A stretch of DNA of 64,000 nucleotides from Candidatus Limnocylindrales bacterium (GTDB taxonomy: Bacteria > Chloroflexota > Limnocylindria > Limnocylindrales > CSP1-4). Position 1 is the first letter of the stretch. The number at the start of each line of letters is the position of its first letter. The notes under the pieces were generated by a model, which did not search any database, was not told the origin of the DNA, and was given only the letters and a program-made list of their open reading frames with translations. The stretch is from assembly GCA_038915815.1 (NCBI GenBank), contig JBCLCL010000005.1, positions 3,955 through 67,954 on the forward strand. The letters are read 5' to 3'. Position numbers and translations under genes: made by a program. Shown here one piece after another: positions 1 to 8,208 of this stretch.

Positions 1-280
1 TGCCGGAGGACGGCGCAGTTCGGGCCGCCGCGCTGCTGGCCGAGCTCGTGTGACACGTCCGGCGCCACAGACGCGATCGATGAGGACGTCGCCCGGCTGA
101 ACGCCCGGGGCGCGAACCTGGCAGCGCCGATCGACGGCGAGCGCCGACGGCCCGACGGCGCCGTCGTCCGCTGGCGGCTCGGCGCGCCTCGGGAGCTCGG
201 ACCGACAACCCCGCCGTTCCTCATCGAGCACGACGTGACGGCCGCCGAGTGGACGGCGGCCGAGCGTGCCGCCCGAGCCC
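1..280 (+). pseudogene. Remnant of a VOC/glyoxalase-like-domain gene interrupted by the IS at 279 (5' end off-window)
   Basis: Frame 1 reads ...DAIDEDVARLNARGANLAAPIDGERRRPDGAVVRWRLGAP..PPFLIEHDVTAAEW..., a pattern I associate with glyoxalase-like (VOC) proteins. The frame runs straight into the IS inverted repeat. The family call comes from remembered motifs only. Confidence 0.3.
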
Positions 281-297
281 GTGGGGGTCGAAAACCC
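279..297. repeat. IS terminal inverted repeat (left)
   Basis: CCGTGGGGGTCGAAAACCC is the exact reverse complement of 1370-1388. Confidence 0.85.
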
Positions 298-305
298 AGA
301 TCTGA

Positions 306-1340
306 TCACGCGGCGCGTCCGTGGTACTCGTGGATCAGCCCGCCCAGCACGTCCCGCCGGCGAACATCTCGAGGGCTGACCGGCATCGGGTCCCCGGCTT
401 CGGCCAGCGGTGGGGCGAGGGAGAGTGCGCGATGGGGCCGCCTGCGGTTGTAGTGGGTGGCGTAGGTCCGAAGCGTGTGATCGAGGTGTCTTCGACCGAG
501 GACGAGCGTCCAGTCGAGGCACTCGGCCCGGATCGGGGTCCGGATCACCCGCGCCCCTTCCGAGCGGACGACCGCATCGAACGCTCGGCTGAACTTCGTA
601 TCTCGATCGTGGATGAGGAACCGGATGGCGGTTGACCGAGCGTCGAGGTTCAGGGCGAGGTTGCGGGCCTGCTGGGTGACCCAGGCCGAGTCGGGGTGAG
701 CCGTTGAGGGGCTCTAGGTGGATCCGCCGGCTGCCGAGCTCGATGAAGAGGAGGACATAGAGCGTCCGCAGCCAGGCCGTCTCGACGCTGAAGAAGTCGC
801 CGGCGATGATGCCACCCGCCTGGGCCCGGAGGAACTCGGTCCAGCTCGGTCCGGTGCGCCTCGGGGCAGGACCCGCTCGCGCCGTCCGGAGCAGGCTGCG
901 GATCGTCGTCGCCCCGACCCGGATCCCGAGCTTGCGCAGCTCGCCTCCGATCCGGACGCAGCCCCAGCGGGGGTTCTCCCGAGCCAGCCGGAGGATGAGC
1001 TCACGGACCTCGGCATCGATCGGCGGCCGTCCCGGCCGACCGGTCCTGCGGTAGGTCCACTTCCTCCTGACCAGCTCGCGGTGCCAGCGCAGGAGCGTCG
1101 CCGGCGTCACGACGAACGAGACCCAGCGTTCGCGCGGGATCGATCGGCTCGCCATCGCGAGGAGGACCCGGTCCATAGCCCGGAACCTCGGCGGGCCACT
1201 CCTTCGCTGGAGAACCCGGAGCTGGTGGCGCAAGACGAGGATCTCGAGGTCCTTGGCGCGACTGTCCTGACCACGCCGGCCACCGACGACGAGGCGCGCG
1301 AGAGCACGAACACCGAGGTAGAGCAGGGAGAGCATCGGCC
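306..1340 (-). pseudogene. DDE (rve/integrase-core) transposase, frameshifted and apparently internally deleted
   Basis: From the minus-strand ATG at 1340: MLSLLYLGVRAL..ATLLRWHRELVRRKWTYRRTGRPGRPPIDAEVRELILRLARENPRWGCVRIGGELRKLGIRVGATTIRSLL..IIAGDFFSVETAWLRTLYVLLFIELGSRRIH. The frame is lost near the G4 run at 708-711. It resumes as TAHPDSAWVTQQARNLALNLDARSTAIRFLIHDRDTKFSRAFDAVVRSEGARVIRTPIRAECLDW..HYNRRRPHRAL (ORF 306..548). About 14 aa normally found between RTPIRA and ECLD, which carry the third catalytic acidic residue, seem to be missing. Confidence 0.8.
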
Positions 1341-1369
1341 GATCCTACTGCTCTGCTGAGCGTGAATCG

Positions 1370-1388
1370 GGGTTTTCGACCCCCACGG
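1370..1388. repeat. IS terminal inverted repeat (right)
   Basis: GGGTTTTCGACCCCCACGG is the exact reverse complement of 279-297. Confidence 0.85.
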
Positions 1389-1664
1389 CCGACCGGCATT
1401 CGGTATGGTCCGGGGCCGAAGATGCAGCTCGGTGAGGCGCGGCCGTCGCGGATCGATCGGTCGCCGGCCTCCCAGGCCGGGCAGTAGGATCGACGGGTCA
1501 TGTCGAATCAGCCGGCCCCGGTGCTGCGCGGCCTCCCCATCGAGCTCGATGGCCTGTCCCTCACCCTGGAGGGCGACCCACTCGTGACGGGCGGGTGGCT
1601 GGACCTGCGCACCGGCGAGGTCCACCGGGTCGGCCCCCTCTCCGTCCACGCGCAGCCCTGACCG

Positions 1665-4600
1665 TTGCTTGCGCTTCACGCCACCTGGGCGCTCGACCAC
1701 CGCCTGCACCTCTGGGCCGAGGATGCTGCGGCCTTCGAGGCGCACCGGCGACGGACGGTGCGGCGAACCCCCAAGGTCCCTCCCCACCCGTGGGCCGCCC
1801 CGGCCGGTGGCGTGGCGCGCGCGATCGAGGCCGCCAACGCCGACGTGGCCGACCTGACCGGCCGCGCTCGACCGGGCCGGCTGACCCTCTGCCTCCCGGG
1901 TGACAGGGGAGCTCCCTGGCCCTCTCCGCGCATCGCCGCGCCATCGCCGCACGGTGGCGCAGTGCCAGCCGGCGTCGAACCCTGGACGGTCCCGACGCTC
2001 GCGTTCGACCCGGGCGCGGCCATCCGCCTTCTTCTCGCCGGAAGTGGCCGGTCCGAGGAGACCCTGGGCGATGCCTCGCTCGACTACCTCGCCGCCACCG
2101 CCCTGTTCGCCCTGGAACTCGTCGCTCGTGGGCGCTTCCTCCCCGGGCTGGTCCCGACGCGGGATGGCCGGGGCTTCGAAGCACGCTGGCTGCCGGTGCC
2201 TGGCGCCACCGATGGCGAACGGCTGCGGGCGCTGGCGCGCGCGATGCCGCCATCCTGTCGCGCCGAGGCCACCGACCCGTTCGACCGGCGTGGACGCGGC
2301 ACTGTCGACCTCCTCGCACAGATCCTGACCGACATCGTCGATTCGGTCGCCCGCGTGGGCGTCGGCCCCCGGCCCTTCCCGAGGGCCGCTGGTCGGACCA
2401 GGACCACAGCGCCGCTCGACGCCGTGCTCGAGGCCCTCGCGGCAGCGAGCCCCGCAACGCTCCCGGAATCTCACGAGATTCGCGTCATGGCCGAGACCGT
2501 CGCGGCATGGCACCGGCGGGCCGCGACCGGCGACCCTGGCTTCCGGACCTGCTTCCGGGTCGTCCCACCCGACAACGCTCCCGAGAGCGCCCAAGGGCAG
2601 GCCTGGGCCATCGAGGTGCTGCTCCAGGCGACCGATGACCCGAGCCTGCTGGTTCCCGCGGCCGATGTCTGGAAGGCGAGCCGCTGGCTCACCGCCTTCG
2701 GCCGCCGGCTCGACAATCCACAGGAACGGCTGCTCGCCGACCTGGGCCGGGCGACACGCCTCCACCCACCACTCGATCGGATGCTCAACCAGGCACACCC
2801 GGCCGGGCTGGACCTCGACGTGACCGGTGCGTACGCCTTCCTGCGCGATGGAGCGCCGGTCCTCGCCGAGGCCGGCTTCGGCATCCAGCTCCCGTCGTGG
2901 TGGCAGGCGGGGCGCCCGCGAATCGCCGCCCGTCTCAAGGCCACCACGCGCTCGCCGGCCGGCACGTCAGCGGCCGACGCGCGCCTGGGACTCGACGCCA
3001 TCGTCGACTACCGGTGGGAGCTCGCGATCGGCGACGCGTCGGTGACGGCCGCCGAGATCCAGGAACTCGCCCGCCTCAAGGTGCCGCTCGTCCGCGTCCG
3101 GGGCCAATGGGTGGAGCTGCGTCCCGAGGACATCGCCGCAGCGGTCCAGCTGGTCGAACGCGCTCCCGGACGACAGGGTGCGACGATGTCCGCCGGGGAC
3201 GTTCTGCGTGTCGGCCTGGGACTGGAGACGACCGAGACCGGCCTCCCCGTCAGCGGGGTCACCGCCGATGGCTGGCTCGGGACCCTCCTCGCGGTCGGCG
3301 CGCCGGACGGGCGGCCCACATCCCGCGGGACGCCGGCGGGCTTCGTGGGCGTGTTGCGGCCGTACCAGGAACGAGGTCTGGCCTGGCTGGAGTTCCTCGG
3401 TCAGCTCGAGCTCGGCGCGTGCCTGGCCGACGACATGGGCCTTGGCAAGACGGCCCAGGTGCTCGCGCTGCTGGTCGCAGAACGCTCGTCACCGACGGCC
3501 GACGCGCCCGGGCCCACCCTTGTCGTCTGTCCCATGTCCATCGTCGAGAACTGGCGCCGCGAGGCGGAACGCTTCGCGCCGGACCTCGCCGTCCACGTCC
3601 ACCACGGCGGCGACCGGCTGGGCGGGGAGGATCTCGCAACGGCGACTGCCGGGGTCGACCTCGTCATCACGACGTACGGGCTCGTCGCGCGCGACGTGGA
3701 CGCGCTCGCCGCGATCGGCTGGCGCCGTCTCGTCCTCGACGAGGCCCAGAACATCAAGAACAGCGCCGCACGGCAGACGCATGCGATCCGTCGAATCAGG
3801 GCGCCCCGCCGGATCGCACTCACCGGCACTCCCGTCGAGAACCGCCTCGCGGACCTCTGGTCGATCATGGAGGTCCTGAACCCGGGCCTCCTCGGGTCGG
3901 CCAACGCGTTCCGCCAGCGCTTCGCCGTGCCCATCGAACGTTACGGCGACGACGATGCCGCCGGGCGTCTGCGACGGGCGACGGCGCCGTTCATCCTCCG
4001 TCGCCTCAAGTCCGACCGCGCGATCATCGCCGACCTGCCCGAGAAGCTCGAGATGACCGTCTACTGCTCGCTCACGCGGGAACAGGCCACCCTCTACCAG
4101 GCGGTCGTCGACGAGATGCTGGAGCGGATCGAGTCGAGCGAGGGGATCGAGCGGCGCGGGCTCGTCCTCGCCACGATGCTGCGCCTCAAGCAGGTCTGCA
4201 ACCACCCGGCCCAGATGCTCGCGGACGGCTCACCCCTGGCGGGACGATCCGGCAAGCTCCAGCGCGTGGAGGAGATCCTCGAGGAGGTCCTCGCCGAGGG
4301 TGATCGCGCCCTGCTGTTCACCCAGTTCGCCGCGTTCGGTGCCCTCCTGCGCTCACATCTCCGCGACCGCTTCGGGCAGGAGGTCCTCTACCTCCACGGC
4401 GGGACGCGGAAGGCCGATCGCGACGCGATGGTCGCCCGCTTCCAGGGCGAGGGCGGTCCGTCGATCCTGATCCTTTCCCTCAAGGCCGGAGGGACGGGCC
4501 TCAACCTCACCGCCGCGAACCACGTGATCCACGTCGATCGGTGGTGGAACCCCGCCGTCGAGGACCAGGCAACCGACCGCGCCTACAGGATCGGGCAGCG

Positions 4601-4790
4601 CCGCAATGTCCAGGTCCGCAAGCTCGTCTGCGCCGGCACCCTCGAGGAGCGCATCGCCGCGCTGCTCGAATCGAAGCGCGCCCTCGCGGAGCGCGTCGTC
4701 GGAACGGGCGAGACGTGGCTGACCGAGCTGTCCACCGCCGAGCTGCGTGACCTCGTCGCGCTCTCGGCCGACGCCGTGGCGGAGGGCTGA
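1665..4790 (+). CDS. SNF2-family DEAD/DEAH helicase with an SNF2-helicase-associated N-terminal domain
   Basis: 1041-aa ORF. The N-terminus LHATWALDHRLHLWAED is typical of the SNF2-associated domain. Helicase motifs: DDMGLGKTAQVLALL, LDEAQNIKN, TGTPVENRLADLWS, SGKLQRVEEILEE, SLKAGGTGLNLTAANHVIHVDRWWNPAVEDQATDRAYRIGQ. TTG start. Confidence 0.92.
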   Translation: MLALHATWALDHRLHLWAEDAAAFEAHRRRTVRRTPKVPPHPWAAPAGGVARAIEAANADVADLTGRARPGRLTLCLPGDRGAPWPSPRIAAPSPHGGAVPAGVEPWTVPTLAFDPGAAIRLLLAGSGRSEETLGDASLDYLAATALFALELVARGRFLPGLVPTRDGRGFEARWLPVPGATDGERLRALARAMPPSCRAEATDPFDRRGRGTVDLLAQILTDIVDSVARVGVGPRPFPRAAGRTRTTAPLDAVLEALAAASPATLPESHEIRVMAETVAAWHRRAATGDPGFRTCFRVVPPDNAPESAQGQAWAIEVLLQATDDPSLLVPAADVWKASRWLTAFGRRLDNPQERLLADLGRATRLHPPLDRMLNQAHPAGLDLDVTGAYAFLRDGAPVLAEAGFGIQLPSWWQAGRPRIAARLKATTRSPAGTSAADARLGLDAIVDYRWELAIGDASVTAAEIQELARLKVPLVRVRGQWVELRPEDIAAAVQLVERAPGRQGATMSAGDVLRVGLGLETTETGLPVSGVTADGWLGTLLAVGAPDGRPTSRGTPAGFVGVLRPYQERGLAWLEFLGQLELGACLADDMGLGKTAQVLALLVAERSSPTADAPGPTLVVCPMSIVENWRREAERFAPDLAVHVHHGGDRLGGEDLATATAGVDLVITTYGLVARDVDALAAIGWRRLVLDEAQNIKNSAARQTHAIRRIRAPRRIALTGTPVENRLADLWSIMEVLNPGLLGSANAFRQRFAVPIERYGDDDAAGRLRRATAPFILRRLKSDRAIIADLPEKLEMTVYCSLTREQATLYQAVVDEMLERIESSEGIERRGLVLATMLRLKQVCNHPAQMLADGSPLAGRSGKLQRVEEILEEVLAEGDRALLFTQFAAFGALLRSHLRDRFGQEVLYLHGGTRKADRDAMVARFQGEGGPSILILSLKAGGTGLNLTAANHVIHVDRWWNPAVEDQATDRAYRIGQRRNVQVRKLVCAGTLEERIAALLESKRALAERVVGTGETWLTELSTAELRDLVALSADAVAEG

Positions 4791-4792
4791 CG

Positions 4793-6148
4793 ATGCCGTT
4801 CGGACGCCGCCGCTCATCCTTCGGCCGCGATCGAGGCTTCTACCCGCCGCCGAGCGTCCCGCGACCCGTGAAGGACGGCCTCCGGGCGAAGAGCAAACGG
4901 GGCGCCATCGGCGAGACGTGGTGGTCGCAGCGCTTCATCGAGGTGCTCGAGGGCTTCCACGAAGGCCCGCGGCTCGCGCGCGGGCGGGCATACGCACGAC
5001 GCGGCCAGGTCATCGACATGGACGTGGAGGACGGCGAGGTGACCGCGCGCGTCCAGGGCTCGCGGAAACGCCCGTACGACGTCAGGATCGGCGTGACGGT
5101 CCTCGGCGATGCCGACTGGGCCCGCGTCGAGGAGGCGATGGCGAGCCGGGCCGTCTTCCTCGCGCGGCTCCTCGCCGGAGAGATGCCGAACGAGATCGAG
5201 GAGGCGTTCGCGACCAGCGGGCTGTCACTCTTCCCGACCACAGCCGACGATCTCGACACCGACTGCTCCTGCCCGGACTGGGAGAACCCCTGCAAGCACA
5301 TCGCGGCCGTCTACTATCTCCTCGCCGAAGCATTCGACCGTGATCCGTTCCTCATCTTCGCCTGGCGCGGCCGGTCGCGGGAGCGCCTGCTCGCCGAATT
5401 CCGCGCGCTTCGCGGTCAGGCGGCCGGGCCGGCCTCCGGCGCCATCGGCGAACCGGAGGCGGTGCTCCCGGAATCGGCGAGTTGGCTCCTCGGGTTCCTC
5501 GACTCCGATGGGATCGACCTCACCGGCGAAGTCACGGAGGAGATGGCGGGTCGGTTCTGGGATCCAGGCGGCGACGTTGCGTCTGTCCGCGTCGAACCGC
5601 GCGCGGTGGCGATGCCGGACGCGATCCTCCGGGAACTCGGGCCATCGGGACTCTCCGCTGGTGGTCGTCCCCTGGAGGATCTCCTGGCACCTGCCTACCG
5701 GGCGATCGCGGCGGCGGCCGTCCGGTTCGCGGGCGGCGAGCCGCAGGACGAGGCGCCCCCGCGTCCGAACCCGCCGGCACCACCCGGGCCACGCTCCACC
5801 CACCCGCGCGCTCGGGCACGGCGCAGGCCCGAACCAGGTCCCTCCCGTGAGCAGCTGGAGCAGCTGATCGAGGAAGCCACGGTGGACTGCTCCAACGAAT
5901 CCGAGGAATGCACGGGCCTCTTCGAGATGATCCACGAGCACCTCGAGATCCCGTTCGTGACGACGGTCCTCGGCGTCGCCGTGACGGTGACCGCCGTCGA
6001 CATCACGGGCGATGACCAGATCCTCGCGGTCTGCCGGCGTGGTCGAGACCTGCTCAGGATCGCGCTGCTCGAGCTGCCGATGCCGAATCCGCGACCGACC
6101 GGCGCCGAGTGGGTTGACGCATACCGCCACTGGGCGCGGCCACGCTGA
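4793..6148 (+). CDS. SWIM zinc-finger protein with a CcbP-like C-terminal domain
   Basis: The ATG lies 2 nt after the SNF2 stop. SWIM signature CSCPDWENPCKHIAAVYYLL. The C-terminal 90 aa (EATVDCSNESEECTGLFEMIHEHLEIPFVTTVLGVAVTVTAVDITGDDQILAVCRRG..PTGAEWVDAYRHW) match my recollection of the Anabaena CcbP-type calcium-binding domain. Confidence 0.85.
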   Translation: MPFGRRRSSFGRDRGFYPPPSVPRPVKDGLRAKSKRGAIGETWWSQRFIEVLEGFHEGPRLARGRAYARRGQVIDMDVEDGEVTARVQGSRKRPYDVRIGVTVLGDADWARVEEAMASRAVFLARLLAGEMPNEIEEAFATSGLSLFPTTADDLDTDCSCPDWENPCKHIAAVYYLLAEAFDRDPFLIFAWRGRSRERLLAEFRALRGQAAGPASGAIGEPEAVLPESASWLLGFLDSDGIDLTGEVTEEMAGRFWDPGGDVASVRVEPRAVAMPDAILRELGPSGLSAGGRPLEDLLAPAYRAIAAAAVRFAGGEPQDEAPPRPNPPAPPGPRSTHPRARARRRPEPGPSREQLEQLIEEATVDCSNESEECTGLFEMIHEHLEIPFVTTVLGVAVTVTAVDITGDDQILAVCRRGRDLLRIALLELPMPNPRPTGAEWVDAYRHWARPR

Positions 6149-6416
6149 TCCAGGCGACCCATCGAAGCGCGGCACGCATGGGGCCCTGGAGCCGCCGCGG
6201 AACGGCAGCACCCGGCCGAGGCAACAGGTTCTTCCGGCCTTCCGATGAGCATCCGGCTCACCGCGATACGACGGCCGGCTGAGGCCGACCGTCCATTCAA
6301 CACCCGGGGCGCGGGTCTCAATCGGGCAACAGACCTTGGATCAGGCGGTCTCGCTCGACGTCAGCCACTGAGCCGCACCCTCGATCGGGATCCGGATACT
6401 TATGGCGTCCGCGCGC

Positions 6417-6917
6417 TCAAGTCCTGTCGGCCACGCCGATGAGCCCGCCGACTCTCCATGCTATGGCTCGCATCTGCATGCCACCAAGACTGGCTCCGAC
6501 GATGAAGCCGCCCAGCCCGAGTTCGAGGGTCTGCCCCACCCACCAGCCCACCAGCAGCCCAGGCGCCGCGGTCGAGATCGACCAGAGCCCGAGGAGTAGC
6601 GCGCCCCACACGACCGCGCCGATCCCTCCGGCCAGGATCGCTCCGTCTTGGCCACGGTAGATGTCGAACCGCGGTAGCAGCCAGACCAGCAGGCCGGCGA
6701 GCAGCAGCAAGCCCAGATAGCCGATCGGGATGCGGACAAAGGCGTCTTCCGGCCGGAGCAGGAACTGGCTGTCCCAGTCGTATAGCGGGGCGAGTAGCCC
6801 GGCATGCAGGAAGAGGTCGACGCCGAGCATCGCGAGCCAGGTGAGGGCCACCGTGGCCACGGGTCGAGGGACTCTGCGGGCCGTCATCGCTCGGTGGCCG
6901 GCTCCCGTGTCCACCAT
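6417..6917 (-). CDS. Small integral membrane protein (about 4 TM helices), unknown function
   Basis: Only the C-terminal part of ORF 6417..7442 is protein-like: VATVALTWLAMLGVDLFLHAGLLAPLY..IGYLGLLLLAGLLVWLL..GGIGAVVWGALLLGLWSI..LGLGGFIVGASLGG. The ATG at 6917 is preceded by GGAGGAAGGA. Confidence 0.6.
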   Translation of the reverse strand: MVDTGAGHRAMTARRVPRPVATVALTWLAMLGVDLFLHAGLLAPLYDWDSQFLLRPEDAFVRIPIGYLGLLLLAGLLVWLLPRFDIYRGQDGAILAGGIGAVVWGALLLGLWSISTAAPGLLVGWWVGQTLELGLGGFIVGASLGGMQMRAIAWRVGGLIGVADRT

Positions 6918-7159
6918 TCCTTCCTCCACCGAGGGAACCCAGGGAGACACGATGGGACTGCGCGCCGCAGACCTCGGCAATCTGACGGGTTGGATCAGAA
7001 CGCGCGACGAGTGTAGGCGGCCATGCAAGGGCGCAGCGTCCCCGGGTCTCGTCCCCGGGCGCCCCCGGTGGTCCCGCCGGGACCGCTGGCGGACAGATGC
7101 CGTTCGGCACTTGCAATTGCCTCCGTTTCGGCGTTGCATCGGGGCGGAAGGAGTCAGCC

Positions 7160-7951
7160 ATGTCTCAGACGATCTTGTCGCACGACCCTCGGGAGGCCAC
7201 CGACGAGCCCGGCGACCCGGGCCTGATCGCCGGCCGGCCGGTGGAGGATCGGAGCTTCGAGGCAGTGGAGGCGAGCGTCGGGATGGCGGCCGGGCTTGCC
7301 ATCGGCACGGCCGTCGCCGGGCCGATCGGCACGGTCGTCGGCGGCCTGGTCGGAGCAGCAGCCGGCCTCGTCGCGGGCGAGGCGCTCGAGCGAGTCGTTG
7401 GACGCGCCGCCACAACGACGGACGCCGGCGGTCCCGCGGCATCTTCGACCGCGGGCTCGGCTTCCGTGTCTTCGTCCAGCCCGACGGGCTCGGTCCGCGC
7501 CGGCCGGTCTCGGCCGCGGGGATTCATCACCTACCCGACCAACTACCTGCTGGCCGTGGCCGACACGACGACCCAGGCTGCATCTGCAGTTGCGGCGCTG
7601 TCCAGCGCTGGTTTCCCCGCCGCCGACGTGGTCGTGATGGCCGGACCCGAGGCGGGCGAGGAATTCGGGCGACTCGGACCAAAGAAGGGTCCACTGTCCC
7701 AGCTCGTCCGGCTGATCCAGTTCACGACGATGGATCAGATGCCCGACTTTCGGGTATATGAGGACGCACTGCTGGATGAGCGCACGATCGTCGCTGTGCG
7801 AGTCATTGACGCCGACCGGATCCCGATTGCGCGCGACGGGCTGGTCGCGAGCGGGCTCCACTTCCTCAACTTCTACGGGCGGTGGTCCACGATGGAGGTC
7901 TCCGGGTGGCGTGGTCCGGAGCTCGACGAGCCTGACTACCTCCGCCGATAG
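7160..7951 (+). CDS. Hypothetical protein: glycine-zipper-like N-terminal segment plus a YflT/general-stress-like C-terminal domain
   Basis: The ATG at 7160 is preceded by GGAAGGAG. N-terminal segment GMAAGLAIGTAVAGPIGTVVGGLVGAAAGLVAG; C-terminal FITYPTNYLLAVADTTTQAASAVAALSSAGFPAADVVVMAG... The domain call is tentative. Confidence 0.55.
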   Translation: MSQTILSHDPREATDEPGDPGLIAGRPVEDRSFEAVEASVGMAAGLAIGTAVAGPIGTVVGGLVGAAAGLVAGEALERVVGRAATTTDAGGPAASSTAGSASVSSSSPTGSVRAGRSRPRGFITYPTNYLLAVADTTTQAASAVAALSSAGFPAADVVVMAGPEAGEEFGRLGPKKGPLSQLVRLIQFTTMDQMPDFRVYEDALLDERTIVAVRVIDADRIPIARDGLVASGLHFLNFYGRWSTMEVSGWRGPELDEPDYLRR

Positions 7952-8208
7952 AGATCGGACCGCCGCCCGTTCCCGTCCGGATCCTCGGTGATCATCGTGA
8001 GCTGGAGGGACATCATCGGGCCAGGCGAGCGACTGAGTTCAGCCGTCCGGCGCTCTGACGTCGCCCCACTGCGGCGTGCTCTCAACGCTGGAGGCGGCTG
8101 TTCGGACGGAGCGTGCACCGACCGCCGTATGCGCTGCTCAAGCACGGCCATGCGCCTGCCGGAACGTGCTTCCATCCATCGGCCCCGCCCCGTACGCTTC
8201 GTCATGCC

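Larger units (their letters stand above)
279..1388 (-). mobile_element. Degenerate single-ORF insertion sequence (DDE/rve transposase, IS481-like architecture), about 1.1 kb
   Basis: Perfect 19-bp terminal inverted repeats bracket one minus-strand HTH plus integrase-core ORF. The flanking + strand reading frame is broken at the left repeat. Confidence 0.8.

Noticed and set aside
1659-1661. The in-frame TGA before the SNF2 start as a possible selenocysteine or programmed readthrough site
   Set aside because: There is no SECIS-like hairpin directly downstream, and the SNF2-associated domain normally begins right at the LHATW motif. A separate or chance upstream ORF is the simpler explanation.
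1107-2798. Long ORFs antisense to, or out of frame with, clear genes (for example 1107..2798-, 10867..12768-, 13306..15087-, 15858..18401-, 21227..23152-, 32120..34510-, 44725..46743+, 46593..48458+, 60822..63215-)
   Set aside because: They have Arg/Pro/Gly-rich nonsense composition, no recognisable motifs, and they lie opposite ORFs with unambiguous family signatures. This is the typical stop-codon-poor artefact of very GC-rich DNA.
7952-8208. Possible glycine or other riboswitch in the 257-nt leader of the acyl-CoA synthetase / DMGDH-like cluster
   Set aside because: I could not find the conserved glycine-riboswitch cores (GGAGAG...CACCG...CTCTGGAGAG) or any other class signature. Only a 7-bp inverted repeat AAGCACG-N18-CGTGCTT (8140-8171) is visible, and it is not diagnostic.
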